Shown in pieces: positions 1-13,469 of a stretch of DNA of 64,000 bases. Each line of letters opens with the position of its first letter. Position 1 is the stretch's first letter. The stretch comes from Eledone cirrhosa (taxonomy: Eukaryota): contig OZ024741.1 in the NCBI GenBank assembly GCA_964016885.1, forward strand, positions 162,006,001 through 162,070,000. The letters run 5' to 3'. The translations under genes were made by a program, and so were the position numbers. Below the pieces are notes generated by a model, which was not told the DNA's origin, did not search any database, and saw nothing but the letters and a program-made list of their open reading frames with translations.

Positions 1-635
1 CCCAGTTGATTGAACAAATGAATGCTCATTGTCAAAACCAAAGAAAAATCCATCATATTTATAATGTAAAATAGCTCCTTTCAGTGAGTCTCGGGTCAGA
101 GTAAACATTTCGTTTTTAGAGTAAGGTTTTGAGGGACAGTGAGAAAGGTTTCACTGACAGATATTTGATACCATGTCTGAAGATACAATGTCTTAAAGAA
201 CTTTGATATGAGATACTACTCTTGCACAGACACAGCCATCACTTAACTTACCTAACCAAAGAATGACAGAGGAGGGAAGGGGACTTGATACAATGATAAT
301 GTTACTTGGCTGGTAATAATGATAACAATATTTCTCAAGTGTATTAAATTTTCCTTTCTAACTCAACTGGGATAGTAACTGACTTGAATAACTGATCTTG
401 CTAACCTGGCTCCTCACTTAGCTTCAATCAATCCACCCCTCTGCCGTTACTGGGTTGCTGCCATTCACTCAACTTACAAAATCACAGCAAAATTTTGGTG
501 AGAAAGATTATGTATATTTCATGCTTTTCTTTTCATTACTTTTTATATTCCACCTCATCTTTCTCTAATCTGAGGTCTAACTCTCTCTGATCCTGAATCT
601 TACACACACACATACTCCCTCCTCTCTCTCTCCCT

Positions 636-666
<31 letters not shown>

Positions 667-822
667 CTCTCTCTCTCATCTCTCTCTCTCCCTTCTCTCT
701 CTCTCATCTCTCTCTCTCCTCTCTCTCTCTCATCTCTCTCTCTCCTCTCTCTCCCCCTCTCTCTCTTCTTCTTCTCACTCCTGTAGCTACCAGCCCCATT
801 CTTTATAAGTCAAATGTTGCAT

Positions 823-1032
823 TTAACCTTTAGCATTTACATTACTCTATATTTACTATTGTATTTTCATGGTAAAGACCTTACATAATATCGAATCTAT
901 GAGATTTTGATATTATTTATTTTGAAAACAATACCCTAACATAATTATGAGTGGCCGATTACGGCTGGTTTGAACAGAAAAAGGTCAGAGAATTCTGGCT
1001 GGATACGGCCAGATTAAATGCTAAAGGGTTAA
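823..1032. mobile_element. piggyBac-type MITE (family A, copy 1)
   Basis: TTAA at both ends; TIR cc(c)tttagcattta / taaatgctaaaggg; internal sequence shared with the copies at 6944, 21982 and 38699. Confidence 0.85.
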
Positions 1033-1877
1033 ACATTATCTCTGGTACTTTATTTTATCGATCCAAGGAGGATGAAAGGCTCAACTAATCTAAAACTACA
1101 TACACTATAACTAGTCTGGCTATCTTGGTTACCAACTTAAATGAATAATAAACTACATACAGAATGTTTTGTCTATCAATGCCTGTCTGTATGAATATGT
1201 CTACTTTTGTGTGTAACCATATCTACCTGACTGTGTATATGTGTGTATCTGTGATTGCATCTAACTGTCCCCCCCTCCCTCTCTCTCTCTGCAAGCCAAT
1301 GCCTGTAGTATGTGTATGCATGTGAATGTTAATATCTTCCTAGCAGTCTATGTGCACACACACTACTGACTATCAGTTTCTATAAAGCTGTCTCCTCTCT
1401 TTGAATATTTCTGTAAATTAAATTGTTGTGTGAAATTTAATTAATAGGAGCTCATATTTAGAATGGATAATTATTCAAATAAGTATATTAAAAAAAACTT
1501 TATTAATGCACACTCTCACTCCCACAGCCACATTATGTGCATATAGATAGACGTATGTGTATAACCTAAATATTTACTTCATTCTAAGAAAAGTACACAG
1601 AAGACAAAGAAAGGTGTATGTTGTAATGTTTGGTGTAGAGGACAGACTAAGGAAGCTACCTATGTTTATTTTCTATTTTTGTATAGGTTATACCAGAGGT
1701 TCAAAAAACCTTTTGGGTCACTGCCCCCCACCCCCATCCACCCTCTCACAGCTATGTAATACCCTCACCCATCCACCCCTATTTCCCGAGAGACCTACCT
1801 ATATGCAAATATTACTTACTTTCATGCATAGGAACTTATGTTAATCAAGGTAATAGATCTAAAACTAATTATATTAA

Positions 1878-3040
1878 TCATCATCATCATCATTTTACGC
1901 CCACTTTTCCCTGCTTGCAAGGGTGGGACGGATCCTATTCAGCACAGCATCTCTCCACTTGTCACAGTCCTTCGTCATCTCCTCCATGAGCTTCAGCAAT
2001 CTGAGGTCTGCTCTCACCACCTCCTCCCATGTTTTTCGTGGTCTTCCTCTTCTGCGTCTTCCTTCTACTGGGATTTCTTGGCACTTCTTTACCCAGGGGT
2101 CATCCTCCATGCGCATCACATGTCCATACCATCGCAGTCTTCTCTCCTACACACTACAACTTATCTCTCTTATACACAGTTTCTCAATCAACTCATCTAT
2201 GCTTGGTCGTTCACGCACATTGACACTGCACATCCAATGGAGCATGCATGCTTCATTTCTCTCTAGCTGTCGCATATCTTCTGCAGTTGCTGCCCATGTC
2301 TCACTACCATGCAGCATCGCACTCCTCACACAGGCATCATACAACCGGCCTTTCGTACACAGGGAGAAACCCTTTTGTCAGCAGAGGAAGCAGCTCCCTA
2401 AACTTCTTCCAATCTGTCCTTATTCTAGATACTATGGCCTCGGAACACCTCCCCACCCAGACTAATCTTATCACCTAGGTACCGGAAGCTATCAACCACT
2501 TCTATAGAAACCACCTACATTTGAGAAATGTGTCTATCACTGCAACTTCTACTGTCAAATTTCCCTCTACATCTACTGCATACATAGTTTTCCCTACCTG
2601 TTAGTTTGCCTGCTATCCCACTACATCTCTTGTGTACCCAACCAAGATCTGCATTGTGTACATTTTATAGAATTTATGCCAGTTCCTTTGCTGCATATCG
2701 AACATGGCTATTTCCCTGACGGAATCAGAGTTTTGTCCTCTTTTCTACTCATCAACAATTTTGTCTTAGCTAGGTTCACTCTGTCCTCTTGATTCCAACT
2801 GCTGTTTCCATAGCCAGAATTTATTCTCTAGCTCCTCTACTGATTCTGCTATAAGAACCAGATCGTCAGCATAGAGAAGTTCCCATGGACAGCCAGTCTT
2901 AAACTCCTCTGTTATGGCTTGGAGGACTATAATGAACAAGAGCGGGCTGAGGACCGAACCCTGATGTACCCCCTACTTGTATCTGGAATTCCTCACTAAA
3001 CTCCATTCCTACTCTCACTTTACTGACAGCACCTCTGTAT
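1878..3040 (-). mobile_element. RTE-clade LINE, 5'-truncated and decayed
   Basis: Minus-strand RT and C-terminal motifs (ELLYADDL, LHGSETWA, RGRPRKTW); 3' (GAT)n tail at 1878-1892. Confidence 0.9.
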
Positions 3041-3086
3041 ATTAATATATATATATATATATATTAATATTAATGATAATTGTTTC

Positions 3087-3270
3087 TACTTTTGGCACAA
3101 GGCCAGCAATTGCTCCAGTGCATTACTGGTGCTTTATTTTATCGATCCCATAAGGGTAAAAGGCAACGTTAACCTCAGCGGGATTTGAATTCAGACTGTA
3201 AAGGGCTGTAACTTCATGTTGCAAAGCATGGCGTTTGATCCTCCTCCAATACTGCCAATCTATCGCCATT
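3087..3270 (-). mobile_element. Nin/Deu-domain tRNA-type SINE
   Basis: Reverse complement of the core ...gcctttcatcc...gatcgataaaataaagcaccagt...ggccttgtgccaaaa with an (ATT)n tail; same family as 46005-46670. Confidence 0.7.
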
Positions 3271-4165
3271 AATATTAAGGATAATAAGATGAAGGATGAT
3301 GATGATGGATCGTCACATCTGATATGTCTTTGAGCATAGAGCTTCTGGATCAGGATTGATATGGGGCTAAACAATAAAACAACAGAAAGCAAATATAAGT
3401 TGGAGATATTTTATTAAGCTCTTACAAAGATGTGAAAAATGAATTGAAAAGCAGACAGTTTTCCCATTAGAAATATTGTTACTAAAGAATTAATCAACTT
3501 TATATAATCTCATTCTTTGCAAAAAAAAACCTTGTGCGTAGTCATAGGAAATTTTTCTGATATTATGTCAGTATAAAAGGTGAGTGGGGTACAGAATCAG
3601 TTGAGTGCCAGACAGAATGCTGCAGTATTTATTTGTATCAGTTTGTTCTGAGTTCAAGACTTATGTTAATTTTAACATTTACTTCCTGATACACAGCACA
3701 CGTCCCCCCCCCTCTCTCATATATATATATACCTACTGACGAAGGGCAAGAATCTAAAGCATTAAATTCTTCACTCCTAACAATTGAACATCTTCTATGC
3801 ACCCTTTCTATGGACTAATCCTTGATGAGATAAACCATGACCCGTTTCTTCTGATTATGGATTTTATCCTAGGTTAATATTTGCTCCAAGGTTGATAAGA
3901 TAGTACTAGTCAAGTACTGGTGGATTATTTTTAATCAACTCGACCTACTGCTTCCCTCATAATATGTTAAAATTTGTGACTGGCAGAACTGGTATAGTGA
4001 TGTACACAATGTCCAGGTTCTTTAACATTACATTCTTACTTAAAAAGCCATCAATGGTTAGCTTTGCTTTTAAACTTTCCAAGATTGATTCTATACATGT
4101 TGATTATATTGATTGATTTCACTCTTCCATCACCAAAATTTGTGGCATGTATTAGAAATCAGTCT

Positions 4166-4355
4166 TTAACCCTTTCATTACCATATTTATAATGAAATAT
4201 GCTCTGTCTGAATTAATTAATGAAGAATTTGGGGGGATTTACTAAAATATTTATTTTTTCCTTAATATGATTTAATGAAAGGGTCTTATATTAAATTATG
4301 TTGGAAGATATTCATTTAAATACAGTTTTGGACAGGTTGGTATCAAAGGGGTTAA
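4166..4355. mobile_element. piggyBac-type MITE (older family B)
   Basis: TTAA-ccctttcattacc ... ggtatcaaaggg(g)-TTAA termini. Confidence 0.6.
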
Positions 4356-4714
4356 ATATATTATCATGTTTCAACTTGAGGCAGCAAATTGGTAGGGTTG
4401 TTAGAATGTCAGATAGTGTGCTTTCCGGTATTCATTCTGGCTCTTTGCACTCTCAATCAAAATCCTGCCAAGGTCAACTTTGCCTTTTCTCTTTTAGAGG
4501 TCAATAAAAATAAAAGTACTTCAGTTGATTCTTCCTGTATATCTGTTTCTCAATTTCTCTTTATCACTCTCTCTCTCTTTCTCTCCTTCTCTGGAAATCA
4601 GCTATGTTCAGATCTGGAGAGGAATGGGCTTTGTTAGGTTTAAAATGCCGAAGAAATGCTGCATGTCACTACACCATCCCTACAACTTCACTAGGAGTTA
4701 CCGGTCCATACAGA

Positions 4715-5180
4715 TATCATCATCATCATCAACATTTAACGTCCGTGTTCCACGCTTGCATGGGTTTGGACGGGGGTTTTCCCACTTGAGGCAAGAGTGA
4801 TTATCTTGCTCGCATAGGACTGTCTGGCAGGGTTTTCTACAGCTGGATGCCCTTCCTAACACCAACCACATTTACAGTGTGGGGCTGGGAAGTTTTTACC
4901 ATGTTGCCTACACGGCCACATTACAGCGTGGACTGTCTGGCGGGTTTTCTACAGCTGGATGCCCTTCCTAACACCAACCACATTTACAGTGTGGGGCTGG
5001 GAAGTTTTTACCATGTTGCCTACACGGCCACATTACAGCGTGGACTGTCTGGCGGGTTTTCTACAGCTGGATGCCCTTCCTAACACCAACCACATTTACA
5101 GTGTGGGACTGGGAGGTTTTTACCGTGTTGCCTACACGGCCACATTACAGCGTGAACTGTGTGTTTTTTTGTCGTGACAC
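4715..5180 (-). mobile_element. RTE-tailed SINE with an internal 112-bp triplication
   Basis: (CAT)n tail at 4715-4730. The unit ggactgtctggc...ctacagctggatgcccttcctaacaccaacc...cattacagcgt repeats at 4817, 4930 and 5042. Same family at 12027-12240, 20615-20880 and 30900-31660. Confidence 0.75.
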
Positions 5181-5317
5181 CTACACAATCTCATTTGTTT
5201 CGGCCTGGATGTTGTGGCACCAACATAACTTTACATTGAAAGGGGCGGTGGGGGTGGTGGGACGGGGGTGTATTTTGTTAGAGATGCCTACTGACTGTAG
5301 TAGGTTTTACTTTGTAT

Positions 5318-5750
5318 TTAGGTAAGGCGGGTCTTCTCTGTTACTGAGTACCGCCAAAGGTCTCGGTCCAGTGACATTGTCTTGGTGAGGTGTAAGTGTG
5401 TGAGGTCGGAATTTATCAGCCCGTCCCAGGTTTTTCTGGGTCTGCCTATTCCGTGGCTACCGTCTATCTTTATTGCCCTGCACTTTGTTATACAGCTATC
5501 GTCTTTCATGCGCATCACGTGACCATACCAACGTAGCCTTCTCTCGAGTAAACAACATCTGATCCCTCTTATTTCTAATTTTTTCCTTAGTTCGTTTATG
5601 CTTTGCCGTTCACGTATATTACTATTACACATCCAGCGGAGCATGCAAGCTTCGTTTCTCTCTAGTCTGCGTATATCCTCTGCACACAATGCCCATGTCT
5701 CACTGCCATGCAACATTGCTGTTCGTATGCAGGCATCATATAACCTGCAG
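5318..5750 (-). mobile_element. RTE LINE 3' fragment
   Basis: ORF with LHGSETWAL, RLRWYGHVMRM and GRPRKTW. Confidence 0.9.
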
Positions 5751-6023
5751 ATATATTTTAACTTAAATAAAAAGAGAAGGTTAATCATATTTATTTATTT
5801 CATTTTTTTATGTTTTTACATATAGTTATTTCTTGTTTCAAATTCTTTTTTTCTTCCACATATATTTTCAGAATTACGATCCTGACCAGTCAATTCATTG
5901 GTTTAATACGGCAACAGTAACTGAGTAAAATAAAAAGGTAAAAAACCTTTAAAAAACAAACAAACAAACCAAAGATAAAGAAATCTGTCCAAAAAGCTCT
6001 GCTGTGTTTTTGCTAATGAAGTT

Positions 6024-6228
6024 ATGGAGACATCGGAGCTGTCTCCACCACATGTAAGCCACCAACTTCCACAGTTAACCTTTAGAACTACTGTGTTGCC
6101 ATCCAACATAAGCATGACCCTGGTTCTGAGGCCTGGACACTGTGCCAAGATTGATTACGACTACACAGTCATTCCAGCTGTGATATGTTCCATGTGTTTC
6201 CTCTTTGGAATTGTTTACACATTCTTTG
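6024..6228 (+). CDS. TMEM198: TMEM198 coding exon 1 (METSELSPP...IVYTFFG)
   Basis: ATG at 6024 in strong context (G at -3 and +4), with an in-frame TAA upstream at 5976. Ends in hydrophobic CSMCFLFGIVYTFFG, then donor G|gtaagt at 6229 (phase 1). An acceptor ttttcag at 5865-5871 suggests the exon starts at 5872 and follows a non-coding exon. Confidence 0.9.
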
Positions 6229-6943
6229 GTAAGTTACCAGTTTCTTCTATCTTGCATGTTTATCTGTCTGTTTTCTCCTTCGCCCCCTACATTCTTTCTT
6301 CTTTGATTTGATTTTTCATATATTTTAATGAGCTGTCTTTGACATACCTGTTTCTCTGTCTCATTCTTATACACATATTTCATTGATTTTTCATCATTTT
6401 ACTTCCTGTTCATCCATGCTGGTAAGGCTTGGACAGCAGCTTTACTCAATCACAGTGTTTTGACACTTATTGTGTTCCATCGGGTTCAGCATCCTGATAT
6501 CAGCCCACAATACTGCCTCTCCATAATTTATTCAGTCTTTTTCTTCTGCAAGTTCTTTCCATTTGGATTGCTTGACCTTTCTTTATTTCTACCCATCCCA
6601 AAAAGAGAATCTGTAAACCAGGACTCTGCCAGCAACTTTCTCTGTTTTCAGCATTCATTATTGCAGCAAAGTAGTTGTGAGGTTAAGTTGTTTCTCTGCT
6701 ATTATTACACTTCACTATAACCAATACAATGTCTCTTTTGTTTGATTAAACCTTTCCCTAATATATTTCTAATAAAAACTCTGCCTATAAGTTTCATATG
6801 ATTTTTAAATTAATCAAGTGTTTGTAGGGATTTAGTAATATAACTAACTTCTCATTATTATAAAGTTTGTGTTTGGAGCATAACTTAACAAACATTCTTA
6901 CATAAAAATTATGATGGATGATTTTTAGATAAATATAAACCCT

Positions 6944-7173
6944 TTAACCCTTTAGCATTTACATAACTCTATAATTACAATTGTATTTTTGCGGTTAAGG
7001 CTTTATCTCACATAATTATTCTACATAATATCAAATCTATGAGATTTTGATATTATTTATTCTTTAGAACAATACCTTAATGTCTGCATGAGCGGCTGGT
7101 TATGGCCAGTTTGAACAGAGAGAGGTGAGAGAATTCTGGCTGGATATGGCCAGTTTAAATGTTAAAGGGTTAA
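6944..7173. mobile_element. piggyBac-type MITE (family A, copy 2)
   Basis: TTAA TSDs and ccctttagcattta TIR. Confidence 0.85.
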
Positions 7174-7424
7174 AACACTCACTGCATCATTGATTCAGAC
7201 GGTTTCAAGCAATTTTGGTGACAAAAATGTCGAGCTAAGGGCTTTATTCTGCTTGCATCAATTTACCTGACTAACAAGTTTCTCTCCCTACTTCAGTATT
7301 GTGGTCAGCAGTAGGAAAGACATTTAGTACTAGTAAAATTAGAAAAAAGCAAGTAGAATATTCTTCCAGCAACCTCATCAAAACTGCCATCACCAACCAC
7401 ATGCCAGTGAGGGAGACTCTATGC

Positions 7425-8155
7425 AGTTGATAGATCTGTTAGAAATAGCAGCTAAATCGCCTTCACATCACATTCCAAAAAAGGACACATTGGATAATGT
7501 GGGTCTAGATTTCTAACAAATATTTAAAAAATGAGATGATCAATGAAATACTTTTGATTATAAGTCTTCTTTTCTCTATTAAGATTAGCTTGAAGCTAAA
7601 CCACAGCAACAACTGCCACAGGCCAATGATGAAACCTCTATGTGATTGCTTGATCTTATAGAAATAACAGCTAAATTTCCTTCAAACCATATTTTGCTGT
7701 CTTAAAAATGAAATGACCTATTGCATAATGAAGTCCAGAGCACACTGACTGACAAAAAAAAATAACAGGATACTCATGGTTGGAATACTTCTGATGATAA
7801 CTTTACTAGTATCATAAAGCTGCTTACTGCCAATATAACTACCACTTTAAACAGCTATTACAAATGTTTGGGTAAAGCAGCTCTAAAGTTTTGTCTCATG
7901 TCATTCCAGTTTGAACAAAAAGCAAGCTACTTTGATTTGACTTTGCCACATGTTATGCCATATCACCTGCACATTTATATAAGCTGAAGACTTTTCTAAC
8001 AGGACAATACTATTCAAATCAAGGCACAAGAGCCTATATCTGGTTGCTGAACTTGCTGGAAATACTTGCCAAATCTTGCTCAAAATTACTCCCAGGTGGG
8101 ATGGTCACCTTTGAATAATAGATCTGCTCAATCAGGACTGGCCTGGGACTCAACA
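7425..8155 (+). repeat. Three decayed copies of a short interspersed repeat (…tagaaatagcagctaaat… family)
   Basis: Shared core recurs at about 7440 and 7660, more decayed at about 8055; also at 21447, 24960 and 35500. Confidence 0.5.
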
Positions 8156-8964
8156 TAGGAATTTAGTTAAGCTACATATCTTTTCATTGGCTTCCTTGGT
8201 TCTAAAACAAAACAGTTAATTTCATTATGCTTATTTATTTTTATTTATTTTATCCACCCTCAAAGGATAAAAGGCAAAGTTGACCTAGGCAGAATTTGAA
8301 CTTTCTATAGTCTAACCCCACAGAGGTCAACTTCCTTTCATCCTTCCAGGGTCGATAAAATAAAGTACTAGTTACGTACTGGGGTTGATATAACCAGCTT
8401 TCCTTTTCCTCCAAATTGCTGGCCTTGTACCAGTGTTAGAAAGAATTTAAACAGGCATGGCAGTGGTTAATAGTAATATTGGCTCTTTGTGTTACTTAGA
8501 TCAGGTTCTAGAGTTCAAATTTCTCATTGGTTAACTTTGCCAACCATTCATGCTTTTTCAGTTAAAATATGTACATAGAATACTCATCCTCCTCGTTTCC
8601 TCAGTAAATTTGGGTCTTGTATCTTTTAGTCAAAATTTATACGTTTATTACAATCCTTATTTGGTAATGATTCTGTGTAGATAGAGCAAGTATATTTTTA
8701 CATATAAAACCTCTGTGTTTCCTCCTTTTCTATTTATCTATGAGTTGAGGGTTAATCTTTCAAACCTTAACCACTTGTTTTTATTATATTTTTTGTCCTT
8801 TTCCATCTGTAATCTCTATTTTAAATTTAAATCTAATGAAAAATAATAATAGAAAACAAACAAACAGCTGTCAGCTGCTTCTAGGATATCACAAAAGTTG
8901 CAAATGGATCCTAGCAACTATTTGTTATTTAATAACAATGCTATAATTTTTGGTTTGGATTTTC

Positions 8965-9309
8965 TATTCTCGGGTCTCGAATAATGCCCGCCCCCTATCC
9001 GTATCAATTTTTCAGGACCCCCTCCCCATTTATCAAGTTTTGGTAATCTATCTCTGGTGAAATTTTATTTTAACTGTAACATTCCTGTGACAATTAATTT
9101 TATTTATACATTAAAAAACATTATACATGACAAAAACGTACATTACTAGAAATTCCATGTTATAAAATAAATAGGATGGGGTGGGGTCACAGTATGTAAA
9201 CTAAACAACTAATTCTGGTTTTTAAAAAAATCAACAGAAACAAGCTAGAAAAATTACCAATTCTCTCCCCCTACCCCATTCCCCACCAATTAATTGAGAC
9301 CCAAAAGTA
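8965..9309. mobile_element. Tc1/pogo-type MITE
   Basis: Imperfect TIR ta-ttctcgggtctcgaataat / attaattgagacccaaaag-ta with TA flanks. Confidence 0.5.
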
Positions 9310-12300
9310 CTTAGCTACTTTCTGCTAAATTAATGAATTACATTATTTTTTCTTATTTTATCCTACATGATGAGGAAAAACTAATTATTTACAACATTTT
9401 TTTTTATTTTAAAACATTTATTCCATTTTATTTTTATTCATTTGTATTTTAAGAATTTTATGTAAACATCTGCTAGACTCATCAGTAAATCTGAAACCGA
9501 AGAAGAAGAAAAAATGATAGCAAATAAACAGCACTGATTAAAAATATTTCACCCTGTATATTTACTGTGTTATACTGTTCTACAGTGAATTAAACTCCAA
9601 TTATGGACCTTGAAAACTATTTTATGCAGTGTTGAAGTGTTTGATCAGTGGACCTTGAAAACTATTTTATGCAGTGTTTGATCAGTGGTCCAATAAAACA
9701 GTATTATGTTAGATACTTTCCAAAACAGTTTTACAGTCAATGATGCCAAAAGTTTCTTGGACTTCACAGTGATTACAAATCTTCTTAATTTATCTCAGTC
9801 TATTAAGTCTTTCAAGTTATAAGATATGTTGCCTCTGTTAAATACATTGCCTGTGTTAGATATTTTATCTATGAGTAAAACATTAAAGATTATAAAACAA
9901 AAACAAAACTAGATTATATATCAAATCACATTACTTTAAATTATCTACTTCTTAATGCCTGATATTTCAGTTTTAATGATCTATACTTTGATTCTTCAAT
10001 CCATTTGCAATTATACTTCTATCTGTAGAGCTCAGCTAAAATATGGACTTTCACCATTATAGAGCAGTAACTCTAAATAAGAATTAATAAAGGGGTCAGT
10101 CGTCTCTTTTGTCCTGTCACACACAACTTCTTTTATGCTGATGGCACAATAAAAGGCACCCGATTCATGTTGCAAAGAGGTTGGTGATAAAGCCCCTACT
10201 ATCACCAAAAATGATATGCACCACAGCAGAGATGCCTCTTTTCTTTTCTCAAGCGTTGCGTGTGCCAGATGACAAGGGACCATGGTTGGTGGTGAGGCAT
10301 GAATCTTGGAGTGACTAAAGACCATTTAAGGTGACAAGACATGGATCGTGGTGCAATAAAGGACCATGTGGATAGTGAGGAATTGAGAGACCGTCCTGAC
10401 TCATGCCAACATGAATAAGAAAAATAAAAAGTAAAATGAACTTGCGAATTTTATTTCTAAAGTTTTTGTTGCATTTATCTGTGATGGGAGTAAACAGTTT
10501 TATTAGTTTCAGAAATAGTGCCTGAACTTGATATTTAGCTATTCTACAGCCAAGCTATCAATTCCAAGCCTTCACACCCTTTTTTAAAACATTACTAATA
10601 GCATGTGTTGTTGATTGTAATCCCCTATAGATGTATTTGAAGCCACTCTCATCATTATATCATGTAATGTTGCTATGTATCCCAATTGGTCCAGTTAGAC
10701 ATTCTAGCCGTGAATGACCATATAGTATATTTAGGATTACTCTTTTAAAATAGGTGGCCATTGTTTGCAAACTGCCTAAAAGTACTTGAGTTCATCATGC
10801 TTTAATCTTATCATGGTGTACAGAAGTTAACCCAGTTTATTACATTACTAACTCTCTGCTTGTTGCCACTCAACTTTCTATATCATTATTTTCATATAGC
10901 TTTGTTTTTCAGTTTTGTTTGTGTAATCTATTTCTTTTATCCTTTCACATATTCAGCTTACCTACCTCTTTAATGAGATTTCATATGAATTCAAGCACAC
11001 CTGTCTACTTGAATAAAGATTTGTTTTCACCTTGCATGTTTCTTTGTATGTTGCAACATTTTAAGATTATATTTTGTTAGACTATTAAATAGCCATTCCT
11101 ACACTACATTTGGATCAGTTTGATCTTCAGTTGTTTATCATTCCTGGGTATGTTTTTAGGAGACTAGAGTCAAATTAGGAACTTTATTTTCTAAACCCAG
11201 AGTAGTAACACACTTATCCACTATGCCACTGATGCTTTTAGACAAGATTTCGTGTCATAGTCGTTAGTGTTTTTTAATTTGGTTTTCTTTGGCTAAATTC
11301 ATTATGCAATAGTATCGTTCCATTTATATAGAACCGGTACTGGATAATTGCTGTCAAGCAAGTTATATGACTACAATATTGTTCTCTATTTCTGGAATAG
11401 TTTCTACTGCTTAGACGCTCCCCTCACCCATAATGTACTGCTTCATGTTGTTGTTGTTGTAGTAGTTGTTGTTTACATTGAACTGGCCATTTATTCAGGG
11501 GTGGGTGGGGGGGGGGGTGCATTTCTTTGCAAAATAATTATCAAACAGTGTGAATAAGGTCATATGTTTTCTATTTACAAATAGTACAAAGGGAACAACC
11601 CTTTAGGGCAACTTCTCATTTAAAAATCTGTTTTTATTGAGATTTTCCATTGTTCTGTCATGGTGTTGCCATGTAGGAACAATAACAGCCATGAAAATAA
11701 TAAAAGAAAAAAGTAGAGCAAACCACAATGTGAATAACAATAGCAACATCAGTTACTATATTTCTTTCACATCTACAGCAGCAAAAAACGGCAGATCTCT
11801 TCAAAATCTCTTTGCTCAGCAAGGAATCATGCCTGGTATAGGTGGCCAAATTGGTCAAAGTGGACCCAATTAGAATAACGGCCAGAAAAATAGTGCTGTA
11901 GTATTGTGTGTTGGTAAAAACTTGATGTCCTAAAGCAGTACCACAGGCTCAAATTAAGAGAGCTTTAAAGTAACATGGCCTAATGAAAAATAAATCACAA
12001 TGGAAAGGAAGTTTAGGGGCATAGAAGTCATCATCATCATCTTAGTTTACCGTCCATCTTCCACTCTAGCATGGGTTGGACGGGTTGACCCATAGGGAGA
12101 GAATCAGGCCAGAGGACCATGTTTAGCTCACCCGGGGCAGATTTTGGCTTGGTTTCTACAGCTGGATGCCCTTCCTAACACCAACCGCATTTACAGTGTG
12201 TGCTAGGTGCTTTTTGTCATGTCACCTACCTGGGCACTTTTGTCTTGGAACTAAGGCGGTGGAGAGGAAGCTTGGGTAAATTGTGGACATAGGTAATAGG

Positions 12301-12376
12301 GGAGAGATGGTTACCACAAAGGGGAGTGTATGAGAGGGAGAAGGTTGAAGAAGATGTTGCCTACTAGGTATATGCC

Positions 12377-12680
12377 TCAGCCCAAGAATAATAGAGCACA
12401 GGTCTTCTGTAATACTACATAGTGCCAGAGGTCGCAGTCCTGTGTCATTGCCTTGGTGAGGTGTAATTGTGCAAGGTCAACTTTTATTACCTCATCCCAA
12501 GTCTTCCTAGGCCTGCCCACTCCATGGCTACCATCAACTACGAGCGCTCTGCTCCTATTTATACAGCTGTCATCCTTCATACACATCACTTGTCCATACC
12601 AACGCAATCTCTTCTCCTGCACGCAACAACTGATCCCTCTTATGCCTAATTTCTCATGCAGTACATTTATATTTTGTCGA
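12377..12680 (-). mobile_element. RTE LINE 3' fragment
   Basis: QEKRLRWYGQVMCM and GRPRKTW; same family as 5318-5750. Confidence 0.85.
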
Positions 12681-13469
12681 ACACTATACAGTCTGCTGTC
12701 AGCAACAATTACGGTCTTTTTCTGTCCTATTTAGGGATAAGAACAGTAAGGATTGTAGGTGTTCCACTGGAGTTGGGCATCTGGTGAATCTTGACCTCCA
12801 TTGTCTTGGAGGGAAATGACACCTTCCTTGACATAGAGGTTGGCAGGAGAAATGGTCAGGGATCACTTTAGAAATCCTGTTTCAGATCAAACTAGAAAAC
12901 ATGAAATGGATCCCTGCCAAATGGAATGGAGCTGCATATTGCAGTTGAAGACAGAACATTTTGGTGTTGTTTATGTGATGATGTCAAAAAATAGACAAAA
13001 TAAGTTTCAAAGAAGACAACACCATCTCTCAACCTTACACATCTACAACAACACTAACTCTACCATCACTACCACTACTTAAAGCAAAAAAAAAAAACAA
13101 CAACAACAACAAAAACACACAGACATTAGAACACAGCAACAGACACAAAAACTCAACAACAAACCACACCTATACCAAACTTTGTGCTAGTGAATGAGAC
13201 AAAAAGCTGATGTCCATGAAAACACTAAAGAGGGACATGGAAACAGAATGGAAAATATTTAAAACCAGCATGTCCAAAGCACCACAAAGTTTGAAAATGG
13301 CAGGGTGAAGTGTAGCAACCAATAAAACATTGAGGGAGAGCTTCCTACATTACAATAGAAACCTAAAAGTCTAGGCTACCTATTAGCTCCTAAAGAGTTT
13401 TTCTCCTTGCTTCACATCTCCCACCATGCATCACATGTCTCTCCATGCTGCTTCTTTGCCTACATATTC

